58,283 bases of DNA, filler included, from Basidiobolus meristosporus CBS 931.73 (GCA_002104905.1; 3 parts of 3 records of this genome joined end to end with filler, not necessarily neighbours in it); one strand, 5' to 3'; shown: positions 44,119-53,929, counted from the whole stretch's first letter. The notes: generated by a model from the sequence alone, not told the origin. Numbers and translations: made by a program.

Positions 44119-46582
44119 TTAGGGGGGAGACAGTCACCAACAGGTGAAATCTTTATTTCAGTTGAAACAAAGAAGCCAGTGCTACTGTTGTAGCTTTGAT
44201 ACAAGAGTGTGTAGCTGAGGGGAATTTGTAGGTAAGTTAATAAGAAGTGATGATAGTTCTTCAGTGCTCAAGACACTGTTCAGTGGGAAGGGGGGTAGCA
44301 AGAGAGGTAAGAATGACTTGTGAACAACATTAATGAGGGGAATGTGATAAGGATTGATATTCATCATAAAGGGAGTGTGCTGCTGCAGATATTGCTGCCA
44401 AAGGTCTGTCAAGTACTTCAGGTAGGCCAGCTTGGGTTTTTCTGACTGCAGAATATAGTGAGCAAACTTCTTGACTTCAGGATCTCCAAGTATAGTTCTC
44501 CAGCAGGAGCCAGGTGTTGTGTGGTGTGTACTCTTCCAGGCCTTAATCAGTGGGTTGTTGCAGTTGTGAAGTCTGAGGTATAATCTGGTTCTAAGGTAGA
44601 GAAGTCTGATCTTATAGGGCATAAACCCAAAAGCACCAAGAATAGCATGTCTGTAGGGGCATTCAGGCAAATGAGGCACCAAGGAGGTAATGCACCATAC
44701 TGCAAACTTGTCAAGCTTAGTGCAGTCTCTAGAAGTAAGAGAGAGAAGTGGTAAGCCAAATTCCAGGACAGGGAAGACAAACTGCTTGAGTAGAAGAAGG
44801 CAGCTGGGAGCTGAAGTTGTAGGAGGAGTAACAGCCAGTAGCTTGTGGAGTGCCTGTCTTGCCAGGATAATTCTCTTCTTCAGGTGTGCTCCAGAGTCTA
44901 TTCCAGTAGGAAGGAAAGGAAAGCCAAGATATGTAGCAGAAACCTGAGCAGGTAGAGTGGAGTTCTCCAAGTTGATGGGAGAGCCCAAAGGTACTGTCTT
45001 TGCAATGGAAAGCTGGAGATTATTCTTCTGCAGATACTGGTGGATGGTCTGGGAGTCTTGTTGCACATTGGAGGAGGATATTCTGATGTCATCAGCAAAG
45101 AGAGTAACCAGGCAGTCAGCTGAGAGTCTTGGGAAATCATTCAGGAAGATGGCAAACAGTATAGGACCAAGCACAGAGCCTTGAACCACTCCATTAGGAA
45201 CTGAGAACACAGCTGATTGCTCACTTGGGTGCAGAATTCTTGCTTGTGGATCCAGAAACAGAGACCTGACAAGGAGGGTGAGAGAGGTACTGGAGAAGCA
45301 TTGCAACTTGGACCAAAGCAGATTTCTGTCAACTGAATCAAAGGCCTTAGTAATATCAAACAGAACAGAGGGATACTTGCACTGGAGAGAGTGATCTTGG
45401 CTAAGTATGACTGCATATTCCAAGGAGAGGCCAGGAACAAAGCCAAACTGTGCAGGATGAAACTTGAGGGAGTCAGAGTAGAGCTCCTGAGCAAGCAGAA
45501 GCTCAAACACCTTTCTGCAGGTGGGCAGCAGAGATATTGGCCTGTAGGAGCTAGGATCCAGGTGCTTTCCTTTACCCTTGTACAGTGGCAGAACATTTGC
45601 AAAGGACCATTCCTCAGGAGTAGAAAGCTGGGCTGAGCATTGTTGAAACAGTGGAAGCAGAAGTGCAGACATGGCCTTGGTACTAGTCTTCAGAAGCTCA
45701 TAAGAGATTGTGTCCACACCTGGAGCAGTAGAGTTGGGAAGTCTCTTGAGCACATTATGGATTCTCCCTTGATCAAGTGCCAGTGGGATGGGCAGAGTCT
45801 TGAAGTCAGGATGAAAGCCAGGAGTTGAGTACTGCTTTGTAGAGAAGAAGATGTTAGCCAGCTGTTCTGTTGAAGGTAACTTCCTGGAAGAGGGCCTCAT
45901 TGCCCTGTAGAGTCTTGATACTGTTCTTGTTATAGAGTTGGAAGATTGCAGAGGCAAGGAACTCATAATATGATCCCAGAGCTGAGTATGCAGAGAGTGG
46001 TGAATTGCCTTGGAGTGGTGTATTGCTGTCAGGAGGAGTTTCTCTGTTTTTGGGTTAGGGAAACTCAGGTAGCTTTGTTGCAGGGCTGAAACAATGGATT
46101 CCCATTTTCTTGAGGTAACAGCAGTAGTCTTGCATGGCAGTGAGAGGGAGGCAGACACCAGAATCAGATGCTTCACAAAGAGCCAGGCATAGTTGAGATC
46201 ATCTGGCAGAGAAAGTAGCAAACTGGCAAGCTTCAAGTGGTTCCCAAAGTCTTTCTTCTGATTCTTAGTAGCTTTGTGGGTGAGCACAGTAAGTTTTGGC
46301 AGCTTCTTCTTCACAACTGGTTGCATAGAAAGGGACCAGGCTGGGTGGTCAGAGGCTCTCAAGGATCCTAGCTCAGCTCCAGAGAATTGCTTAACTTCAT
46401 CCACAAAGTAGAGGGCAGCAGCAGAAGGGCAGATCCAGTCAGCACATCTTTTCTCAGATTGAGCACCTAGTGCTAGCAGATGGCTTTCTCTCAGGAAGTT
46501 CAGTAGGAATGTAGACCTTGGCTTCATTCTTGCAGTCAGAGTAGTCTTGTTCTCAGGATGGGGAATGTTGAGATCTCCAAGC
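44119..46582 (-). mobile_element. Telomeric LINE unit 4 (subfamily beta), 5'-truncated inside APE and capped by the telomere
   Basis: 3' end TTAGGGGGGAGACAGTCACC; the frame is open to LGDLNIPHPE at the telomere junction. Confidence 0.93.
44182..46527 (-). CDS. APE(C-half)-RT polyprotein of LINE unit 4 (781 aa plus upstream in-frame LGDLN)
   Basis: CADWI, SDH, APGVDTI, SYRPISLLPTCRKVFE, QFGF, FDITKAFDSVDR, GVVQGSVLGPILF, LFADD; no RNase H or CCHC seen at the C-terminus. Confidence 0.93.
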   Translation of the reverse strand: MKPRSTFLLNFLRESHLLALGAQSEKRCADWICPSAAALYFVDEVKQFSGAELGSLRASDHPAWSLSMQPVVKKKLPKLTVLTHKATKNQKKDFGNHLKLASLLLSLPDDLNYAWLFVKHLILVSASLSLPCKTTAVTSRKWESIVSALQQSYLSFPNPKTEKLLLTAIHHSKAIHHSLHTQLWDHIMSSLPLQSSNSITRTVSRLYRAMRPSSRKLPSTEQLANIFFSTKQYSTPGFHPDFKTLPIPLALDQGRIHNVLKRLPNSTAPGVDTISYELLKTSTKAMSALLLPLFQQCSAQLSTPEEWSFANVLPLYKGKGKHLDPSSYRPISLLPTCRKVFELLLAQELYSDSLKFHPAQFGFVPGLSLEYAVILSQDHSLQCKYPSVLFDITKAFDSVDRNLLWSKLQCFSSTSLTLLVRSLFLDPQARILHPSEQSAVFSVPNGVVQGSVLGPILFAIFLNDFPRLSADCLVTLFADDIRISSSNVQQDSQTIHQYLQKNNLQLSIAKTVPLGSPINLENSTLPAQVSATYLGFPFLPTGIDSGAHLKKRIILARQALHKLLAVTPPTTSAPSCLLLLKQFVFPVLEFGLPLLSLTSRDCTKLDKFAVWCITSLVPHLPECPYRHAILGAFGFMPYKIRLLYLRTRLYLRLHNCNNPLIKAWKSTHHTTPGSCWRTILGDPEVKKFAHYILQSEKPKLAYLKYLTDLWQQYLQQHTPFMMNINPYHIPLINVVHKSFLPLLLPPFPLNSVLSTEELSSLLINLPTNSPQLHTLVSKLQQ

Positions 46583-46631
46583 TTAGGGTTAGGGTTAGGG
46601 TTAGGGGTTAGTAGGGTTAGGGTTAGGGTTA
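46583..46631 (+). repeat. Terminal telomere (TTAGGG)n, about 8 units with variants
   Basis: G-rich strand runs 5'-3' to the contig end, i.e. a right-hand chromosome end. Confidence 0.92.
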
Positions 46632-46731
46632 NNNNNNNNNNNNNNNNNNNNNNNNNNNNNNNNNNNNNNNNNNNNTTAATTAATTAANNNNNNNNNNNNN
46701 NNNNNNNNNNNNNNNNNNNNNNNNNNNNNNN
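46632..46731. other. Assembly gap / artificial scaffold spacer
   Basis: 100 bp of N with TTAATTAATTAA at 46676-46687. Confidence 0.97.
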
Positions 46732-47986
46732 TTACTTGGATTATTTTCACCAAAACATCCAGTACCCAGAATATGTGATTTCTTGGTGTTGTCCAAACAG
46801 CCCCAAACTTTGCACACATGGTCCTGGAACCTTGTTAAGCATGCTTTATGTGTTTATCCTGCCAGAACTATACAAAGTATCAAAACTATTTTTACATTTC
46901 ATATATCATTAAGTGAGAACCACAAAGTCTGCCTGTTCTCCCAATCATTTCCAGTATCTCCCAAACTCTTACAACTGGTTGTTGTTGTGCATCAACAATT
47001 GGAACTTGGCCAACTATACTCTGTTAGAACAGCCAGTACCCTAACTGATTTTCCCAAACCCAAACATAACTAATCCCAGTTATGGTTCATTTTATCCCTT
47101 GTCAGAATCTATTTTTAGCTGTTACACTTGATATATTTTTTGTGGTCATCATGTCCTCAACTACTCTGCAAAGCCTTTTCAAGTAACTAGTCATCTGAGA
47201 TCTATCCACCACTTAGCAGTTGCCAAGACATAAGCTGTCTGATGATGCAATCTGCAAATATCTTATGCACCTGTCAACACCCAAGCTGATTGCAATCAAT
47301 CCAGTATCTTGGCACTTACTAATTCAACTTAATCAGAAACATATAAATAAAGCTTACTGAACCTTTTGGTTTAGTGTGTGTCTCAGCAAAATTAAGAATT
47401 TAGCAATTCTGTTCTAGACTCTACCCAAGCCTAGCATATTTAGCACTCCCAAGAACACCAAGCCTAGCCTGCATAGCAAGCCAGCTCAGTAGCCTTTATA
47501 GCCAAACCCAGCTATATACAAGACAAATATTAGACCAGAATCTCTCTGCTAATATTTCCACCACTCTCCACCAATTCTAAGATTCTGCACTTGATTGTCC
47601 CTTTGGTTCAGTTAAACCATTCAAGAGTTTTATTTCACTTTTCTCTTGTATACAACAGTTATGAGCCCCAAGCTACCATTCTCTGCAATGTCTGCCAATG
47701 CAATTGCTTGTATTTTCCCCTCTGCTGACAAGCTGGATGGAGTTAACTCTTAAGACTGGTGGGTGAAGAAGAGGATGCTGCCATAGGGAACAGTCCTTAG
47801 GGCCATTGTTACAGAGAAGAGTGCCCTTATGGTGGTTTAGGAGAAGAATCCTTAAAGTGCCAGTAGAAAGTACAAGGGTTAATCCACCATTGAGTTAGTG
47901 ACTCTGCCATTATATCCTTTGCCCATAACTGTGAAAAGTTTATGTATCAGAAGATGTTTGAGAAACATCACCTTGGGGGCTTAAAA
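46732..47986 (+). mobile_element. Copia family C 5' remnant: partial LTR (46732-46976), PBS interrupted by a solo Gypsy LTR, decayed gag start
   Basis: The LTR matches the reverse complement of 47987-48235. FPSADKLDGVNS*DW gag N-terminus at about 47715. Confidence 0.8.
46983..47657 (+). repeat. Solo Gypsy LTR-B (675 bp)
   Basis: TGTTG...CAACA; TSD GTTGT/GTTAT. Confidence 0.9.
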
Positions 47987-49930
47987 TGTTGTAAGAGTCC
48001 TGGAGATATTGGAAGTGATTGGGAGAACAAGTAGATTATGTGGTTTTCACTTAATGATTTATTGAATGTAAATGTAGTATTTATACTCTTACCTGGTCTT
48101 GGCATAGCAAACACGTAGAATAGGTTAAGGAAGATCCCAACAACATGTGTGCAAAGTTTGGGGCTGTTTGGTCAACTTAGAGAATTCTCATGTTCTGGGT
48201 ACCTGGTATTTTGGTGAAAATATTCTGAGTAAATCCCAACAAGGAATTTGGTCAGTAATCTCTAGAATATGAAGGTAATGATCTAAGTGACTAAGTTAGG
48301 TGAATATTTAGGTGAAAAAAAATTTTTTACAACACTCCCACTTAGCTAAATGTTCATACTGACTAATCCTAATTTTGACCTAAGATATTCAAACTTGTCT
48401 CTAGCAAGTGGTTTGGTAAATATGTCTGCAATCATTTCATCTGTAGGACAGTAAACTAAGCTAACTAAGTTATTCTCTATAGCTTCATGTATGAAATGAT
48501 GCTAACATCTATGTGCTTGGTTCTAGCATGAAAAGCTGGATTTCTACCTAATTGTATACATCCTTGATTATCTTGAAATAAAGTAATAGGCGTTTTTTGA
48601 CATAGGCCTAAATCTGTAAAAAGCTTTCTTAACCACATTGCTTCTTTTGTAGCTTCACAGGTTGCCATGCACTCTGCCTCTGTGGTAGAAAGTGCTACAG
48701 TTGGTTGCTCTCTTGAATTCCATGAAATTGCTCCTTTACAGTAAAGAAAGGTGTATCCTGTGGTGGATCTTCTGTCTTCCAAATTTTGTACCCAATCAGC
48801 ATCAGAGTATCCCACAAGATCCTGTTCTGAATCCTTATAAGTGTATCTTAAGCAGATATCAGCAGTTCCTTTTTGGTATCTAAAAATCCGCTTAACTGCT
48901 GCAATATGATCAGATCCATAGTTCTGATTATGTTGGCTGCCAACTCCCACTGAATATGAGATATTTGGACATGTTCCAAGCATGATATACATCAGACTGC
49001 CATCTATAGACTGATAAGGAAAGTCAGGGCTTTCAGATGGCACCAAGCTCTCTTGATTTGGTCAAGTTTTGACCAAGTTAAGGTTGTCTCCATTGGGGTA
49101 GCTGCCGGTTTACAGTCTTCCATCTTGTACTTCTTTAGTATATCTTGAATATACTTGAATTGACTTAGGGTAATAGTCTGGGTACTTCTGTCTATGGAGA
49201 ACCTAATCCCTAAGTAGTAGCTGAGTACTCCTAGATTAGACATCTTGAACTCCTTAGATAGGCTGGATTTTGTCTCTTCCAATGTTTTTAGGTTATTGGT
49301 GGCTATAATAAGATCATCCACATATAGAGCTAATAGAACTGGATTTGTGCTATCTGGCTTATAATATATACTATAGCCAGTTTTACTCCTTTTGAAACTC
49401 AAAGATTCCAAATAAGAATCTATCTTGCAATTCCAGGCTCTTGGTGATTGTTTGAGACCATATTGTGACTTTTTAAGCTTGCAGACCAAATGAGGTTTAT
49501 CTTGGTCAACAAACCCATCAGGCTGGTCCATATACATGTCCTCATCAAGTTCTCCATTCAAAAATGCAGTTTTTACATCCATTTGATGAATAAAAAACTT
49601 ATATTTGGCTGCAATAGCCAATATTAATCTGATGGAATTAAACTTGGCTACCTGTGCAAAGGTATCAGTATAGTCCAGTCCTCTTGTTTGAGAGTATCCT
49701 TTGGCCACAAGTCTTGCTTTGTATCTTTCAATTGTACCATCAGCCTTGTATTTTGTCTTGAAGACCCATCTGCATCCAACTGATATTTGGTTGATTGGTA
49801 ATTTGACCAAGTCCCAAGTTTGATTTTCCATCAGGGCCAGATATTCCTCAGTCATTGCAGATCTCCAAAGCTTTGTCTGAGGGCTATTTAGGGCCTCTTT
49901 TACACTCTTGGGCTCATCAATATGTTTAGG
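47987..49930 (-). mobile_element. Copia family C 3' half (RT, RNase H, PPT, 3' LTR 47987-48334), decayed
   Basis: ORFs 49004-49855 (KARLVAKG, YGLKQSP, YVDD) and 48477-49046 (YSDADW, DRRSTTG, TKHID); AGTGGGAG PPT. Confidence 0.92.
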
Positions 49931-50083
49931 GTTAGCCTATCATGTATAAAAGTATGGATAAAAGTAATTGTCAAGTATTGCTAAGCACCAAAATGCATTA
50001 CAATACCTACATTCTATCCATCATAGTATTCTTGGCCCATCAATATATACAACAACCAGACACCATACCTTGAATCATATTCA

Positions 50084-50323
50084 TTGACAGACTACCCATT
50101 AGATGTCCCAGATGCCTCACTGTTGCTGGACAGCATCCAGGCTAACTCTGCGCAAGATGCCCAAGCTCTCTCCAACTCAAATCAATACTCCCAAGTGCAG
50201 CTAGTAGATCAGATGTTGTTCCAACCATCTACGCCTACATACATTCAGTCACCTATCCCAGATGAGGGCAATTATGATCACCCATTGTGTATTTGTTGTG
50301 AACAACACCTCCACAGATATTAA
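50084..50323 (+). pseudogene. Diverged family B paralog fragment
   Basis: ASLLLDSIQANSAQDAQALSNSNQYSQVQLVDQMLFQP versus QALLDKINGHSSSKANALSNSNQFDQAQVIDQTLYQP. Confidence 0.65.
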
Positions 50324-51049
50324 TGTATACATGCAAAACCAAGATTCCTACTCTGTCAATAATAAAATACTCATTGCATCCTCAGACTTTTAGTGACAAA
50401 TGAGGTATATATGTATATATGTTCTACTTCATCATCATCATTACAGACAGATTGTGCTTCACAGTTTATCAGCCAACCTATGTAGTAGTAAATATATATA
50501 AGAGGGTAAGGGTTATCCCCAAGTATGTATGTTGGGTACCTTTCAAGATGTTGATAACCTGTACAGTTTATTAACTGCACATATTTGAGGGTAACTACTA
50601 TCTTTGTTGATAAATGTATGGAGTTGCAATAAGGGAACCAGAATGGTGCTTTAACAGCAAGGCAGGCATAAGTGGTTAACAAAGTGGAAATCATTTCAGT
50701 ACTTACATAATCTATATGTAGAGAAGCTGGTATTGGTGGTGACAGCAGTACTGCAATGGTGATTCTGGTGAAAGGAATGCCATTCTGGATCTAACATCAA
50801 GTCTGGATGGTGTAGATAATTATGCTGCTACAGGAAAGAGGCCTTTGGGACATTGTTCTGGGAAAAGAATGCCCTCCTAGAACTGTAGGAGCATAAGCCT
50901 TAAAGTACCAGGAGAAGGAACTAAGTGCTGTTAACTGCATTTGCACAATAATAAAGACAAATTCCTAGTCCATTGTGCAACAGCAAAATCACAAAGAATG
51001 CCTGTAAGGCATTATCAGCCACCACTAGACTATTCATATCTGCACTAAA

Positions 51050-51238
51050 TATGCAGATAAGTTGATAATGTAATGCCACATGCAATTTGATCAGGTGTGA
51101 CAGCTAAAAATAGATTCTGAGGAGGGATAAAGTAAACTATAACTGGGATTAGTTATGTCTGGGTTAGGGAAAATCAGTCAGGGTACTAGAATTCCTGAGG
51201 CAGCAAAGTTGGCTAAGTTTTAAATGCTGATGCATATT
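51050..51238 (-). repeat. Gypsy LTR-B U3 fragment
   Basis: Reverse complement of approx. 37805-37990 (GGGTTAGGGAAAATCAGT.AGGGTACTAG; GGCTAAGTTTTAAATG). Confidence 0.75.
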
Positions 51239-52062
51239 AATTACCATATTTCTCATCTGGTTCCTAAAAAGCACAACCTCTCTGTTATAGTTGGAGAATA
51301 CAAGTGACACAAGGAGAGTGGGTATTGGCAGTCTGAGTGGATGGTCAACAGTAGCCACTACAATAAAGTTTGACTACCAACTTACTATTTTCCAATTTTT
51401 AGGCAAAGTTGTGAGCCCACTTGAACATTCAGTTATGGAAATTGATTTTAATGAGGATGGATCAATAGTCTGTGAGACTGTGCAAAGAATGATTATTCTC
51501 AGTTCAACTTTATTTATCTGTTGGGTGCAATTGTCGGCACACTTCTAACGATTGTCAGCATTCTGCATTCCCCTCACACATGTCCATAGTTCTTATTTTT
51601 ACTCATTTCTTCCATTGTTTTGTGGGACTCACCATGATTTTCTGGAGCATACTTTAAAGTGGCGTAACTTCTTGTACTCCCGATTTATATCACCTTCTCG
51701 ATCCCACTTAGTAAGAGTGACCAAATGATGCTTATATTCTTGATGTAACACCACTCTGTGCTGCATATATTACTCACTACTCAGTATCATCTAGACAATC
51801 TCCGTTTACAAATGATTTAGTGACCATTACATAGGAAAAGATCTATGTTCCTCGACTGATTTTCAGTTTAATTTAGTCTGCCAAACCCGGGATTTTATAT
51901 TTATTGATCGTAAATTCGATTGCCGTTTCTTCACTATGAAAAGACACTGATGGGTAACGACAAAACAATAGGTAAAGATACTTTATGATGCTTGCTTCGA
52001 GTGATGGCTGTACTTCAAGAACATTTGATTCGATACTTTTTCGTAAGGTCCAAGTACAAGCT

Positions 52063-52144
52063 GGTGAGGTGGCCGAGTGGTCTAAGGCGCTGCGTTCAGG
52101 TCGCAGTCTCTTCGGAGGCGTGGGTTCGAACCCCACCCTCATCA
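52063..52144 (+). tRNA. tRNA-Leu(CAG): tRNA-Leu(CAG)
   Basis: Identical 82-nt sequence to 28880-28961. Confidence 0.97.
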
Positions 52145-52514
52145 TCTATTTTATTCTTAGCTTGCACAAAAACGATAAGAGGAAATATCACAATGCTAAC
52201 AGTCACTGGGCAGTCTGTCAATCTCGAATCTTTGTGTTACCGAAGTCAATCCGGTAACCCTGTCAGACATTCTCTCTAATATCAAACTTTTCGGTTGAGG
52301 GCAGCATCACTAAAGACTGAGGGTGAGTATGTTAGTACGTAAGCGAATATTTAATATTAATGCCCGCAGCTCTGATCATGATACAGGTGTGTGCAAGTAA
52401 AAAGCTAATCATAAGTAACAACAAGTATAAGAATGTCATTTGAATTTTATTGATTGAGAATTTTCAGTTGTAGCGTGGTGATGACTACCTACATCTTCAG
52501 CTCATGTCATCGCA

Positions 52515-53012
52515 CTAATTGTATTGAATGTTTTGCTCTGGACAATCTTCTACGCATTGCATCTCTGCCACTGGGGTTGTGTATTGTATATCTTGGGTGG
52601 GCTGCATCAGGACGTAGGGAGAGAAAGAACTATCTTCCAAGTGTTCCGCTCCCTTTTGCTTAGCATATTCTAATGCATTGGCCCCACCCTCCAGTTCGAG
52701 ACTGGGCCCTGCTTGATACTTGACATTGAAGCCTTTATTGCTATTGGCGTTAGCAATGTTCAGGTTATCGTGCTTTCTGGTCACCGTGGTGAAAACCTGG
52801 CGCAATAACGGGGATTGGACATTCGTCGTCTTAACGACAGGCAAAACTCGAGCGTTTTGGTAGCAATCGCTCGCATACTGTGCACATGGTAAGCTGCGAT
52901 AATGTACCCTTCTATACTCGCGAGTGCATGGAGAAGAACAGCCGATTGGGGCAGCAACGGCAACTTGAAGAGCGGCAAGGCCTAGAATCACTGTTATGGT
53001 AGTAGAGCGCAT
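52515..53012 (-). CDS. Secreted small protein family A (165 aa)
   Basis: Near-identical paralog of 29332-29829. Confidence 0.8.
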   Translation of the reverse strand: MRSTTITVILGLAALQVAVAAPIGCSSPCTREYRRVHYRSLPCAQYASDCYQNARVLPVVKTTNVQSPLLRQVFTTVTRKHDNLNIANANSNKGFNVKYQAGPSLELEGGANALEYAKQKGAEHLEDSSFSPYVLMQPTQDIQYTTPVAEMQCVEDCPEQNIQYN

Positions 53013-53383
53013 GCTGAAGAATAGCTGAGAAATAAGTTAGTTGCATAGGCCGCTATATAGCATGGGAGGCTATATAATAAGGTTAAGTCGAGGGCATAAA
53101 GTGAGTCTTGTTAGATTGCGCATGTTTTCCATTCTGTTATTGACTTTATTGAGGAAGCCTGTGGCATATAAAACACATGCACTGGAATGACAGCCTTTGT
53201 ATATATATATGGCTCTATCACCGCTGCCCATACTTCTCTTCAATACTCACAATGACATTGTGTACAACGATAAGTGCCACTGTTTCTGTGTGTGCATATC
53301 AGCAAATTCTTGAGTACTGTACATCATCAGTATACCGAGTAATATGTTGCTCATTTTATTTCGTAAATTTACTTTCACTAGAC

Positions 53384-53929
53384 TTAATGTCTGTTTCCAC
53401 TGAAATATCTAACTTTGAAGTGGCGACGAGCAGATCTCTTAAACTTCTTGTACCCACCTCTAAGCGCACGCGCTGCTGGCTGAGTGATGATAATTTGTGA
53501 CTGTTGCTGCTTGGGCTGGTACAGGGTTTGATCAATGACTTGCGCTTGGTCGAATTGGTTTGAGTTGGACAAGGCATTGGCTTTACTGGAAGAATGACCA
53601 TTGATTTTGTCCAGCAAGGCTTGGGATGGTTGAAGATTGGAAATATCGAACCCTTGTAACCCAGAGAATCCTGGCTGCTCACTTGAAGTCTCGCTTGTCT
53701 GCATTGGATCACTCGTCTCCGAATCATCCCCCTCCTCAGTTGACGGCTGGTATTCTTGACTGGGGGCCGAAGTGTCCTGATAACAAGCACCCTGTTGTCC
53801 GACACATGGCTCTTTGGTGTAAGCTACCTGGGAGTCACCGAGTGGGATAGCGGAGATTGCTTGCAACGAAGCGATGGCGGAAACTAGCAAGAGGATGGAA
53901 AGCTGCATGACTGGCTGGTGGAGTCTCAT
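53384..53929 (-). CDS. Secreted small protein family B (181 aa)
   Basis: Paralog of 30186-30731 with intact ORF. Confidence 0.8.
   Translation of the reverse strand: MRLHQPVMQLSILLLVSAIASLQAISAIPLGDSQVAYTKEPCVGQQGACYQDTSAPSQEYQPSTEEGDDSETSDPMQTSETSSEQPGFSGLQGFDISNLQPSQALLDKINGHSSSKANALSNSNQFDQAQVIDQTLYQPKQQQSQIIITQPAARALRGGYKKFKRSARRHFKVRYFSGNRH

Noticed and set aside
46983-47700. Same LTR apparently heading both a Gypsy (38499) and a Copia (47657), suggesting cross-superfamily LTR sharing
   Set aside because: The GTTGT/GTTAT TSD shows a solo Gypsy LTR inserted in the Copia PBS; the Copia's own LTR lies upstream at 46732-46976.
49926-49935. TTAGGGTTAG near the truncation of Copia C, a possible fossil telomere
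   Set aside because: Only 10 nt, expected by chance in 58 kb, and it fits in-frame Copia coding (ANPKHIDEP).
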